DNA of 64,000 bases from Squalus acanthias (GCA_030390025.1 CM059433.1:22508001-22572000); one strand, 5' to 3'. Shown: positions 50,376 to 62,830, counted from the stretch's first letter. A program made the numbers and translations. Notes: generated by a model from the letters alone, not told the origin.

Positions 50376-52300
50376 GTCAGGTTGCTTCCTGCCTTCCATG
50401 ATTAACAGATTTCTTCTACACCTGAGCTTGCAGAGATGAATGGACTACACAATATCTAATGAGGTGGCCATGGCAGATGGTAAGGGAGAATGTTGTAATT
50501 AAAAATAAGAAAAAAGCACTGCTGTTGGCAGTAAATGTTGGAAATTCCAGGCCAAAAGTATCTAAATCCACCTGCTTCATCCTAATAGTTAATCTCATTA
50601 TTTTGACTATTGTTATTTGAAAAATTCAGGGTCCTACTGAATTTTTATCGCACTTAAATTATTTTATCGACCCTACAAGGAAATTCAAAATTGTACTGGA
50701 TTCTAGAAACGTGCCTCTTTTGAATCCTTCAATTGAGGTCTTCATTTTTCTGATTCTTTAAGAAGGTTCCTGCTATGAGTTCCTAATGCAGTCTTCCAGC
50801 TGCTAAAATGATACTTATTCAAAGCCTTTGTGTTTCTCAAATGCGCTCTGAAATGTGGATGCTGTGAAAACTGGTGAGTGAGTAGACTCAGTGGTTGATT
50901 TACACACTGATGCAAATGTTTCCAAGAGGAAAGGAGCTTCTACTGATTCAAATTTTATCAGAAGAATTGTAGCTGATACTAGCCCACCTAATTGTCACGG
51001 TTTTATTGAAACACCCGAAATCAAGTATTCTACTGTGGACAAACTATATGCAATCTCATACTGTGTACTAAAGAAATGCACAGGCTTTGTTACCAGGAAG
51101 CATCATCTATTTTAGCACCGAGCCAAATAAGTTAACAACCAGCAATATTCACTGTAGCGCCATTGGCATTGACAGCAGAGAACCAAGCCCAATCCTATCT
51201 CACTGATGTTCATGCTCATGCATATACATATGCCAACTGTCTGTGTTTTAAGCTGATGGTCGGTGCTTCAAAATATGTGTTAGCTTGATAGCATTTCACA
51301 TGAAAAGCCAGCTTTATCACTGGGAATGGAGGTTGTCAGTATCAACCAGTCAGATCAGTTAAGAAGCAGAACTGGAGCCTGACAGAGCCAATCAATCAGA
51401 ACGTCACTTTTTCTCACTGTTGATTCTACACAAACTTGGACGGAGAAGTTTTAAGATAAGTTGATGGCTTCTGAAAGCGACAATTCCAGATAGTTTTAAT
51501 TAGTGTTTGTCCACAAAGAAGATACATATAACAAATCAGCTACTAATAGGCAACTTTTTAAATGTTTATTTTTCTCAAGGTAATGTTCAGTGACCTATTA
51601 AACTGTGGTCTTATGTGAAAGATTACTTCCTTCAAACCTAGTTGCAGCTGCTTTTCTGAGATAAGGAGGATGCTCCCTAGTGTGCATATGTTAACTGGCT
51701 TTATTTCCTATCACTGCACCTCCGTAGTTACTAAAGTTTCTAAACAAAATGGAGAGTAGGGTTGGAGTGATGATCAAATTCACTTAATTAGAAAACATTT
51801 AATTAAGTTAAATACGGAAATCTCGAAGTTGCTGTCTGATTTATCCTGCTCCTCTGCAAGCTGCACTCCACCGATACCTTGCCACTTGTAAAAGTTAATT
51901 TTGAGATTTCTGTATTAAGGATTTTACCACAGTGCACTGCTGTGGTGTAGACCATTGGTCTCTTTGTGTGTAAGTGTGGTGCCTGATGATGTTCAGTAAC
52001 TTTTGGAGCTGTTTAAAATTTGTTTCCATGTTTCCTTGTTTCCTTTGGTACTATTCAGTAACTGGAGAAACGGCCTACACTGTCCATGCTAGAGTGGGCA
52101 GCATCCATGGGGAAATGTGAGGAGTGATAGTAATGAATAACTGTATAACAAATTGCAAATCCCAGACAGCAGGTCCACATGAAAGCACAGATTACCCCAT
52201 GCATATTCCAGCAAACTATTTTTTTTGATGATTGTAATGTGTAATGATTTTTATTTCCAGTATAAATTGGGTCAAAAACCAATAATGACTAAAAATAACT

Positions 52301-53512
52301 GTGTCAGCTTTGGCTCAGTGGTAGCAGTCTCACCACGGGCTCTGAAGCTTGTGGGTTCAAGTCCCACTCCAAAGACTTGAGCACATAATCTTGCGGCTCG
52401 GATTTTATTGTCAGTGGCGAACAAATACTGCTCGCCGCTCAATATGCTTACAGCTGCCCACAGGCTTTTTGTCAAGTTTTGAGCGGCAACTTACGGTCAT
52501 CTGATATAGTGCGGCGCCCTCTACAGGGGATCTAGGACCAGTGTGAACAGGGCAAGCAAGGGTGTGTCTCTTCAACCAATCAGATTGAAGAATCCTCACT
52601 GAGCCACGCAGAATTTAAACCAGGAAGTCTAAGTTAGAATATTTAATTCAATGTAAAGTCATGCACAGAAAGTGAAATATGGAGAGGGAAAGAAAGATGG
52701 GATTAAGAGAGAGAGAGATAGAAGAGACAGCAATAAAAAGTTAAAAATAAAATTTAATTTTTAATAAAAAAAATCTCCAACAATAATTAAAATCTGAAGG
52801 AATGCGACTCTACACTTCTAAAAGTTAATTTTCAGTGCCAGAGAGGTTATCACGTTGTTAAAAAAATCACTTACACTTGATTGGACAAGCCCTAAATTTT
52901 TTTGTGTGTTTAGTGGGTAACTAGTGGGTAAGTACCACAATTCTACGCCCTTTCGTGGATTTCAATGGCGAGTCTGTCGGCGAGGTATTGGTGGAGGAGC
53001 ACGGTAACTCGGACAGCAACATCCGGATTTCTGCGTTTAACTGCACATGTGAGGACGCCAGAAGTTGCTGTCCAAGTTACTCCATAACAATGGTGAGCAC
53101 TGATAGCCTCACCATTATTCCTACCGTAAAATCCAGGCCGTCATTTAGACTGACAGTTCAGTGCCATACTGAGGGAGTGCTGCATGGTCGAACGTGCCAT
53201 CTTTTAAATGAGATGTTAAATCAAGGCTCCATCTGCCCTCCCAGGTGGACATAAGAAATTCCATTGGACTATTTGAGGAAGAGCAGGTTCTGGTATCCTG
53301 GCCAATATTTATCCCTCAACCAATATCTCTAAGAACCAAATGATCTGATCATTTATTTCATTGTTGTTTGTGGGACCTTGCTGTGTGCAAATTGGCTGCT
53401 GTGTTTCACTATATTACAACAGTGACTACACTTCAAAAGTAATTCATTGGTTATGAAGTGTTTTTGGATATCCTGAGATCATAAAAGATACTATATAAAT
53501 GCAAGTTCTTTC
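52301..53512 (+). mobile_element. tRNA-derived SINE (SacSINE1/DeuSINE-like) split by a MITE
   Basis: Head with A and B boxes at 52301-52392; body resumes at ~53146 and ends with tatataaatgcaagtt. Confidence 0.8.
52394..53140. mobile_element. Harbinger-type MITE inserted in the SINE
   Basis: TIR cggctcggatttta / taaaatccaggccg. Confidence 0.75.
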
Positions 53513-53519
53513 TTTTGTC

Positions 53520-54182
53520 AAAAGCGGTTAAAAAAGCATATGGGATCCTGGGCTTCATAAATAGAGGCATAGAGTACAAAAGCAAGGAAGTTATGATGAA
53601 CCTTTATAAAACACTGGTTTGGCCTCAACTGGAGTATTGTGTCCAATTCTGGGCACCTCACTTTAGGTAGCATGTGAAAGCCTTAGAGAGAGTGCAGAAA
53701 AGATTTACAAGAATGGTTCCAGGGATGAGGGACTGCAGTTACGTGGAGAGACTGGAGAAGCTTGGGTTATTCTCCTTAGAGCTGAGAAGGTTGAGAGGAG
53801 ATTTGATAGAGGTGCTCAAAATCATGAGGGGTCTAGACAAAGTAGATAACGAGAAACTGTTCCCATTGGCGGAAGGGTCGAGAACCAAAGGACACAGATT
53901 TAAGTTGATTGGCAGAAGAACCAAAGGTGACATGAGGAAAAACTTTTTTACGCAGCGAGTGGTTAGGATCTGGAATGCACTGCCTGAAAGGGTGGTGGAG
54001 GCAGATACAATTGTGGCTTTCAAAAGGGAATTGGATAAGTACCTGAAGGAAAAAAAATTGCAGGGCTATGGGGAAAGGGCGGGGGAGTGGGACTAGCTGA
54101 ACTGCTCTTGCAGAGAGCCGGCACAGGCTCAAAGGGAAGAATGGCTTCCTTCTGAGCTGTAACCATTCTATGATTGTATGAT
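53520..54182 (+). mobile_element. CR1 LINE 3' fragment
   Basis: ORF 53674-54096 KALERVQKRFTRMVPGM...RRLRGDLIEV; (attctatg)n-type tail. Confidence 0.9.
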
Positions 54183-54189
54183 TCTACCT

Positions 54190-55845
54190 GCTCCTCTATT
54201 GGCCTCCTCTTCCTCCAACTGTATGCTCTTGCCCCCCTTTGAAGTGCAAAATTGTGCTGCATAAAGCAGTCAATAGTGATTCTCCACACCTTAAATGGAC
54301 TGTACAACAGTACCCCAATGACTGGTCTAAGGAATGGATTTGTTGCTTCTGCCACCCAATGATGTGCTGCACAGTCACTCAACTGATATCATGGGCCTTG
54401 TTGTATCTGCGCTGCACTGTGGTATGGGGATTTCTAATTGGAGTCAGGACCCATGGATGCAAAGGGTAGCCCTGTTTTCTCAACACCCATCTAGTCACTT
54501 TCTCAGTACCTTCAAACAGTGCAGACACTGTGGACTGCTGCAGAATGAAATCATCATGAGTGCTCCCTGGATAACAGTCAGCATAACTTTCTTGTGGTCA
54601 GAAACCACCTTCAGATTTCTGGAGTGATATCCCTCCTTGCTCATGTATACATTGGGGTCATTGTGTGAAGCGCTGATGGCTACATGTGTTCCATTTATAG
54701 GCTCTTGGGAAGCCTGCCAGGTGGTAATAGTTCAAGGCCCTCCTTAGATTGTACCCTCTTTGAAATGTAAAGGTATTTCCCCAGGAAAATCAGCCACTTG
54801 CTTTATGAACAATCGAACTACAGACCAACTTATCTGACAAATGCCTCTTGTAATGACCTGGAAGGTTTGTATGGCGTACAGGCTTAATATTGGCCCAAAA
54901 ATTAGTGAGGGAGCCTTCGTGCGGGGGTAAGGCTTCCCCGCGATATCTCACTGCGCGCCGGCTTTTTCATTCCCAGCTCGCACGAACTTGATGTTCTAGA
55001 CAGCAGCTGTGCAGTGCTTCCGTATCCCACAGGCACAGTTAATTCGTGCGAGCTGTGGGATCACGTGATTCAGTTAGAGCCAATGGCAGCACACCATCTT
55101 TCATTCATAGTTTTCACATAAGTGCTGTGAAAGCTATGAATCTATACCCCCCCAAAAGAACAGCTAAACCTCAATTAAATTTTAAAAAAAAACCATCACA
55201 TTAATAAAATAAGTATAGTTAAATAAATTAACCACTTTAAACAAAAAATTAAATTTTTGAAAAAATTTAAAATCTTTTAAAAAGTTATAAAAATAAACTT
55301 ACCTTTCTTTAAAGTCTCTAAAAAAGATATACCTGTTGAAAAAAATTCAAAATAATACTTAATTAACTACTTACCTTGTTAAAAGAGGGTCTTACGCCTC
55401 CTTTCTTTATGTGCAAAATCTTCCATGCTTACCTGCGCATCCAAAGCACTAAGTGCACTGCATGCGCGCAGCCTGTAGCGCGCACGCGGTTCACCTAGGA
55501 ACCGCCCCCTTTTGAAATCACCAAGTGCCGGTTTTCAGCGCATGCGCAGTGCATGCAGAAAACCGGCAGTTGGAGATAGAATACGCGAGAGTACACAGTG
55601 CGTACTCTCGCGTAGAGGCACTAATTTTTGGGCCATTGTGTTGATCTTGACAGCAACAGAAAGAGCTGCCTAGTCCTTGGACATTGTCTGTAAGTCAGGC
55701 TAGGCTGCAGAAGATGGCAAAATATAGTCACTGTATCTGCAGTCAAGCAGAAGAGCCAAAGGGACCAAAAGGGGTCTGATATATGCAGGTAGGAGTGGTG
55801 TGGTCTGTACAGGAGTCCTGAGGTAGTGGCAGGCATGTACACAGC
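54190..55845 (-). pseudogene. Ancient, heavily decayed Harbinger transposase interrupted by a family A MITE
   Basis: Minus-strand remnants LYRPHHSYLHISD...FCHLLQPSL (55621-55842), GYHSRNLKVVSDH, YPGSTHDDFILQQS, GYPLHPWVLTP, GVLLYSP...CFMQHNFAL. Confidence 0.75.
54892..55634 (-). mobile_element. Harbinger-type MITE, family A, copy 3 (diverged, inverted)
   Basis: TIR ggcccaaaaattagt / actaatttttgggcc, TSD ATT; colinear with the reverse complement of copies 1 and 2. Confidence 0.85.
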
Positions 55846-56123
55846 ACCTGAGATGTCTTTGGCCTTACAGATTGCAAGAATATAGATATATTTTTACATT
55901 ATTCTAATACGGAACAGCTCATGCAGGCAGGGTTGGTATAAACTGTGTGCTTGCAAATCCTATCCTTTGATCACAATAATGCTGATAAGATTGGAGAAGG
56001 ATGATGCTCGGGGCCAAAGACATCGTATTCTGTAAGGATAGGCACATATAGATTATTAAATAAATATGCTAGTTGGCATTAATGATTTATGGAACTAAAA
56101 GGGTTGTTAGGTTAAAACAATTA

Positions 56124-57548
56124 GGGGTTATTTTGGCCAAAGGGTGAAAACAGGCACTAAATGGGAATAAGAATTGCCTGTTTGAAACTGTGGATTTTCG
56201 GGCTAATTAATGATTATCATGATTTAACCATGCCTGCAGCTGCTGAAACCGACAACTGCAGGTTTAGCACTCAAGCGCGGATTAGATGCAATTTTCCTGG
56301 AGCTGTATATGTAGCCTGCACGCACCCACTTCCACTGAAGGTGTGGAGAGCGCTGACTGGGAGAGAAGCCAACATGAAAGGATGTCTCAGGGACCGAGAG
56401 AGAGGGTATCCAGGTTCTCGGACGCGGCACTTGAGGTCCTGGTAGAGGAGATACAGAAGACTAGGGATGTCCTCTACCCACAGGGGGAAGGAGGCCAGAG
56501 AGGCAGCTAATGCACCGCATGTGGGAGGAGATCGCCTGGGAGGTGACGGCCAGGTGTCCTGGCCCCGGACATGGCTCCAGTGCAGCAAGAAATTTAATGA
56601 TACGAGTGGTCAAGGTGAGGTCCCATCTCATAAACACACTTCGCAATAACTGCACCACCACCACCAGCATCACAACCTCAACACACTTCATCCAGCATCT
56701 AACTCTACACTGACATTCGCACAGCCCACACTATTGCATCCTTCACAGGCACTGCTCACACCTCAGACACATCTCACCGCTCTTCAACCATGTGAGGCAT
56801 CACACACATACAAACACACCTGTCAATACACTCTTTCAAATCACCACTCTTTCTTTTTCCAGATAAGATAGCACATAAAAGGCGCCAGCAGGACCTGACC
56901 GGGGGAGGTCAACCATGCCTGCATGGCATCTCTCTCCTTGAGGAGGCAGTGCTGGCCGTGATCGAGAGGGGAGAGGGAGACGGCGCGACCAGAGGCAGAG
57001 CAGGGGCATCTCACCTCGAGGTATGTGGCCGCTCCAGCTTCCTTACAGATGCACAACTATTCCTGATCCCCAATCACCCAAAGCTGTCCTCCGTCCCAAG
57101 CTCCATATGGTCTCATCACACACATCCCCCTATGTGGCCACATGCACTGGACCCTAATCTTCCAGCTTTATCATTGCAGGCTCCCAGGAGCAAGATCCAC
57201 CCACACTCCCAACCACCCCCTCCCCACAAACAACAGCCACCTCGCCCCCCCCCCCACCCCCGGAGGAGGGGGAGAGCGAGGATGAATGCACTGCGTCAAT
57301 GACTACCATTGTCGCAGGCACCAGCTCAGAGACCGGCACCACGCATAACTTAGAGGCTAGCTGAGAAGAGGGATCCTCACAGTGGGATGCACTGGGCTCT
57401 AGTGGGCAGCAGCCACGCAGGGTGGAAGGGAAACCACAGATGGCGTCTTGTGCTAAACGCGTGCTAAACCGGTGTTGCAGCTTAAGACCCCATCCTGGCC
57501 AGCTTGGAGGCTCTTTAGCTGCTAAAGAATCCGGGGAAAATCGCCCCC
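56124..57548 (+). mobile_element. Non-autonomous Harbinger retaining only the decayed Myb gene (exon 1 from 56382, exon 2 ~56863-57020, part of exon 3)
   Basis: MSQGPRERVSRFSDAALEVLVEEIQKTRDVLYPQG, MWEEIAWEV, RTWLQCSKKFND; ends ggggttatttt and aaaatcgccccc. Confidence 0.8.
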
Positions 57549-58139
57549 ATAGGCTTTTAAAAGAAAGGTTTTTTAATTACAGCAGGCGAGTGTAAAAGAA
57601 GGAAATTAATGCAGTATAAATAAGGAAATAGGTTCCTTTTACGATAGAGATTGCACGAGATAAGACGTCAAAGGCTTATACAACAAAGGCTATAATTCGG
57701 GAAGAGCAAAGATTGGAAGCAAAGATACAATGTAACAGGACATAAGGGCACCCATCATTGTCCAGCAATCTGTTCAATGATCTAAGGGTCATAAAACACA
57801 AAATAAAGTTGAACCCAGCAAGAACTATAAGACAGACATGAAGCAAAGCTCTTTAGGAACTTTGACTATCTTCAAGGCAAGATAGTGTGAATAGGCTTCG
57901 ATAAGCAACACTCATGATTCCCGCAAAGTTCTTCATATGTAAGTTTTAGACATAGGGCTGTGTGTACTGTTCTTTATGAAGTCTTAAGATTAATGTTTTG
58001 AAACAATAAGTAATGAAGTTAATTGTCAGACATATTACTGTCGCTATCTTTTTGAATCTGTTATTAAAAAGGTTACAGTAGGAATTATCCAACACAGATG
58101 ATGTCCCATCATGAACTGGTCCTCCTCATCCAGATCAAG

Positions 58140-58330
58140 CAACAACAACAACTTACATTTACATAGCACCTTCAAAGTAGTAAAACATCCCAAGGCGCTT
58201 CACAGGAGCGTGTTCAAACAAAATTTGACACCGAGCCACATAAGGAGATATTAGGGCAGATGGCCAAAAGCTTGGTCAAAGAGGTAAGTTTTAAGGAGCA
58301 TCTTAAAAGGAGAAAAGAGAGGTAGAGAGG
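58140..58330 (-). mobile_element. L2 3' tail fragment
   Basis: Matches 28820-28980. Confidence 0.7.
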
Positions 58331-59489
58331 TGGGAGCAGTGTGGGAGTTGATGCATCAAGGTTGATAAGGATGAGAAGAAATAAAAGACCATTGTCGTAG
58401 TCATACAGAACATGACTAATTATTTGGCCGGGTCAGTTTATCATGATAAATTAGAGTACTGTTATGGATTTATGCAGAAGGCAGAGAAAGGTAATCTCGG
58501 CTGTCTCAGAGGTCTGGTTAATTAGTCCTTTGTTTTTAGGGGCAAAACAATAGACACAGAGAGGCTCCCCACATGCCACAGCCGTGCACAAATGAGCTGA
58601 TTGTGTCAGGTAACAAGGTCAACCCATTTGCACAATCTTGTGGCAAAGCTCCACGATGGGAGTGCAAATTCACAATATTTACCCTGTTAAGCATTAACAC
58701 CCAATCTTTGCACAGAGTAATTTGGGGATCTTAGTCTTCATCTCTTTATAGTTTGATAGCTGCAATTTTTACTTTAAATGTGTTAAATTGCACACGGAGG
58801 AACTTCATACAAATGAGCTAACCTGTTCATTGCAAATATCATTGAGAATAACCTCAAGCCTTTAATGTGTACTAACTGGATGCTGTGCCCAGGTTGGAAC
58901 AATTAGAGAAGCTTTGGGTGCCCGTATCGAAAGAACAATTGCATTTGTTTTCATTCTCTCAGAAGTTATTCTGGTATAAACCTTCACCACATGAGCAGAT
59001 AAATACTACAGTTGGATGATCTGTTGAGACAACAGCACTTTGCTGCTCAGTTCACTGACAGGTCAGCCACATGTTACATTTGTTGGCACCACTGACTGGT
59101 TGAAATGCATTCCATTTGATAGCAGTGATCGAATTAAGTGACTTCACATTTGTAATCTCTAACTGAGTAGGTGTTGCATGTTACATTTGATGGCAGTTAC
59201 ATAGAATAGCTGGATCTGTTCTAAGCCTTCCTGACATGCATGCTATTTTGTACAATATCTTGTAGTGATTTTGAGACATGTTTTAAACAAAGCGATGTTC
59301 TTTGCAGCATTTTCACCATTGGATGTGTTGACAGAGTATGAAGTGGTGGAAGTTGTTATGCCTTTTACGATGGTGATGTGTTTCCTTTTTGAAGTTTGGC
59401 TGTTAAAATGTAAAGATTCATGTGCAGTTGTCATTGCCGTACAATTGCTGCTGGTGAGGGACCTCAGCAGTTTGTTGTAAGGTGTTGTT

Positions 59490-59943
59490 AACACTGGCTT
59501 ACGATGGTCAGGTCGTGTGGTGCGCGTGTTTCATGAACTAACCCTGAAGGCCTTTTATGGCAGATTGACAACTGAGAAGCGATCTCATGGTGGACAGCAA
59601 AAGAGATATAAAGACTGCTTAAAAGTGACTCCAAAGCAGTACAAAAGAGATATCCATAAGTGGGAACAACTTGCTCAAGATAAGAAGGCATGCTGAGAAA
59701 CCGTCCATAAAGGCACCTCCTGCTGTGAGGCCCGTCACATTGCTGATGGTTAATGTAAACTTCAGCTAAGGAAGTTTTAGTTAAAAAAAATCAAGATTCC
59801 CAATCTGATGTATCCGGGGAACAACTGTTCAATCTGTGGTTTCTCATTCTGAGCAAAAACAGGTCTCATCAGTCATCAAAGAACTCACTGCAAACAATAA
59901 TGTCTGGATGTCTTCTTCGATATTGAAGGACGAATGATGATGA
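59490..59943 (+). mobile_element. Old RTE-clade LINE 3' fragment
   Basis: LRWSGRVVR...FYGRLTTEKRSHGGQQKRYKDCLK and C-terminal CSICGFSF*AKTGLISHQRTH; (tga)n end. Confidence 0.75.
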
Positions 59944-60105
59944 CTGGAGACACAAACAACAAGGTGTAAACCTTGCTAATAAATGGAACCATGATGGTTT
60001 TTCAGAAATCTCTTCACATGAAGTTAAGAATAACAGAAATTCAGATCTTTTTCTACTGTGTTAGTGCCTCTAGCTGAAGCTCTCTTCAAAAAGATAAAAA
60101 GGAAG

Positions 60106-60533
60106 ACTTGCATTTATATAGCATGTTTCATGACCTCAGGACGTCCTAAAGCGCGTTACAGCCTATTAAGTACTTTTTGAAGTGTAGTCACTGTTGTAAT
60201 TTAGGAAACACAGCGGAAAATTGGTGCACAGCAAGGTTCCAGAAACAGCAATGTGATAATGATCAGATAATCTGTTTTTAGTGATGTTGTTTGAGGGATA
60301 AATATTGGCCAGGAAAACTCGCCATCTCTTCTTCGAATAGTGCTGTGGGATCTTTTATGTCTACCTGAGAGGCAGATCAGGCCTTGATTTAACACCTCAT
60401 CTGAGAGACGTCACCTCCGGTACTGCACTGAAGTGTCAGCCTAGATTTTGTGTTCAAGTCTCCGGAGTAGAACTTGAACCCATAACCTTCTGAATCAGAG
60501 GCGAGAGTGCGACCAACTAAGATACAGCTGACA
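60106..60533 (-). mobile_element. tRNA-derived SINE (SacSINE1/DeuSINE-like)
   Basis: Colinear with 45980-46432. Confidence 0.85.
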
Positions 60534-60849
60534 GCAGACATCTCAGTGCTTCCAGATTAAACTCAATGGAGTTTCCTAGATGTGTTTGGCTAGCATAGAA
60601 TCATAGAATTTAACAAAACATGTGTTTCAATGGCCTTCCCAGCTAACCAGTATGGTATTTGAAATCTTTGTTGCAGTGAACAATTTGTCTAACTTAGCAT
60701 TGTCAGGACTCTTTGCAACCTCTTTTCTGAAGACAAGCAGACCAACTTCCTTAATGTACACTACAATTGACCTCAGTCTTATGTCAGGAATGGGAGAATC
60801 AGCCAGTGTTCCTGATCCTGATCTCTATCCAGTCACTCGCTGTGCTGGA

Positions 60850-62110
60850 AGTCTACATGTGTGGATGCATGGTAAGAATGGGACTGAGCTCATCTTTGAC
60901 ACCCCAATTCTCCTCAACTCCCACCCAGCTTCCTGTAAATACTCCATTCCATTCTCCCAGTTTCTCCACCTCTGTTGCATCTGTTCCAACCATTGCCATT
61001 TTCCACACCAGTGCTTCTGAAATGTCTTCTTTCTTCCTAAGCCGAGGATTCCCCTCCACCATGGTGGACCGGGCCCTCGACCCATTTCCTGCACTTCCAC
61101 CCTCACCCCTTCCCCTTCCCCTCCCTCTACGAACCATGATAGGGTCCCCATTATCCTCACCTTCCACCCCACTAGTCTCCACATTCAACGGATCATTCTC
61201 CCCCATTTACGCCACCTCCAGCACGATACCACTGCCAAACAGATCTTCCCCTCCCCTTTCAGCATTCACAAAGAATCATTCCCCCCGTGACACCCTGGTC
61301 TACTCTTCCATCACCACCAACAGCTGCTCCTCTTTCCCTGGCACCTTCCCATGCAAGCGCAGGCGATGTAATATCTGCCCTTTCACCTCCTCCCTTCCCA
61401 CCACCCAGGGCCCCAAACATTCCTTCCAGGTGAATCAACGATTTACTTGTACTTCTTCCAACTTAGTATACCATTTTCACTGCTCACGAAGCGGTGTCTT
61501 CTACATTGGGGAGACCAAACACAGATTGGGTGACTGCTTTGCTGAACATCCCCAGTCAGCCTGCAAGCGTGACCTTGAGCTTCCGGTCGCTTGCCACTTT
61601 AATTCTTCATCCCACTCTGTCCTCTGCCTCCTACACTGTTCCAATGAAGCTCAACACAAACTCGAGGAACAGCACCTCATCTTTCTACTTGGCACTTTAC
61701 AACCTTCCGGCTTTAATCTTGAGTTTAACAACTTTAGATCGTAATCACCCATTTTCTCTTGAAGGTTCTGTAACCATTTACACTTCCTGTGGACCCATAT
61801 TTTGTTTCCATGTTTGTTCCATTATCACCTCCTTTTGTCTTGCACCATCATCCCTTTTGTCATTTAATCACTCCTGCCTTCCACCCTATCACAGGCCTTT
61901 CCCCTTTCTTTCCCTGCCCCCCTTTTCCCTGGCTCAGTACTTGCTTACAAACTGTTCATCGCCGGTATCTTCCAGTTCTGACGAAGGGTCATTGACCTGA
62001 AACGTTAACTCTGTTTCTCTCTCCACAGATGCTGCCTGACCCGCTGAGTGTTTTCAGCATTTTCTGGTTTTATTTCAGATTTCCAGAATCCGCAGTATTT
62101 TGCTTCTGTT
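60850..62110 (+). mobile_element. 5'-truncated Penelope-like element (RT C-terminus, GIY-YIG endonuclease, 3' pseudo-LTR)
   Basis: SIPFSQFLHLCCICS; GTFPCKRRRCNIC...FTCTSSNLVY...FYIGETKHRLGDCFAEH...PVACHFN...EEQHLIFLLGTLQPSGFNLEF. Confidence 0.9.
61974..62010 (+). ncRNA. Minimal hammerhead ribozyme motif in the Penelope 3' end
   Basis: AGUU-CUGACGA-A-GGGUC auu GACCU-GAAA-CGUU-AACU; palindromic stem III AACGUU. Confidence 0.7.
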
Positions 62111-62308
62111 CAAAAAAAAAAATCAAACAAGTTTAGGTAGGCCTTCCACCAAGTGGAACAGGTTAATTTGAGTAAGTTCCAGTATAAGCCAGCTGGTATG
62201 TGGAGAAAGACAGAAGAGTCCATTGTAAGTCTGAATGTGCCAATGGAAACAAAGTAAAAAATGTGGACTCTGAATAGAAAGCATGTAAGGATGATTGGAC
62301 AGGTAATT

Positions 62309-62830
62309 GGGCTGGAATTTCCTACGTTTTGGCCATCCATTTCTGGGTGTACACCGGGGCAGCCGACAGCGGAAAATTGGGCGGAAAGGCCCCATGTCAG
62401 GTCTCTGCCAAAATATTTACCGGCTGCATTTCCCTCCGGTTCCATTGGGGGTTGTCATCTTGGGCCACTGCATTTTTGGCCTCCCCTGTTTATGAAGGAT
62501 ACCAAGTGGATGGAGTTTACTGCAGGGCTACATTACTGTCAGTTATTAACCAATTGCCACTGATAGTAGAGAATGCCTCAGGGGAAGAGGTGCATGGATG
62601 TGCTTGCGGTAGACCAGAGGGGTTCTAAACCTGAAGACCATAAGTACCCGGTGAGTAAGTTTTTTATTGGCAATATTTAAAGTTGGTTTTAATTATTTTT
62701 AGCTTTCGTAAAGTGTTTTTGTAAACTTTCCTTCTTTAAGTTTCCTTAAAAAAAATTAAGTATTTTTATAGTCTCTTTATTGATCTTTAAGTTTTTTAAA
62801 TTGATGCCGGGTGGTCCGTCCGGTTTTATT
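62309..62830. mobile_element. Left part of a Harbinger-type MITE with an AT-rich core
   Basis: Starts att-gggctggaatttcc. Confidence 0.55.

Noticed and set aside
50760..51115. Host exon(s) near the donor-like ctg|gtgagt and ORF 50891-51115
   Set aside because: No recognisable protein similarity or consistent reading frame.
60767..61744. Functional 325-aa protein
   Set aside because: A 5'-truncated Penelope with frameshifts; only part of the ORF is in the true RT/GIY-YIG frame.
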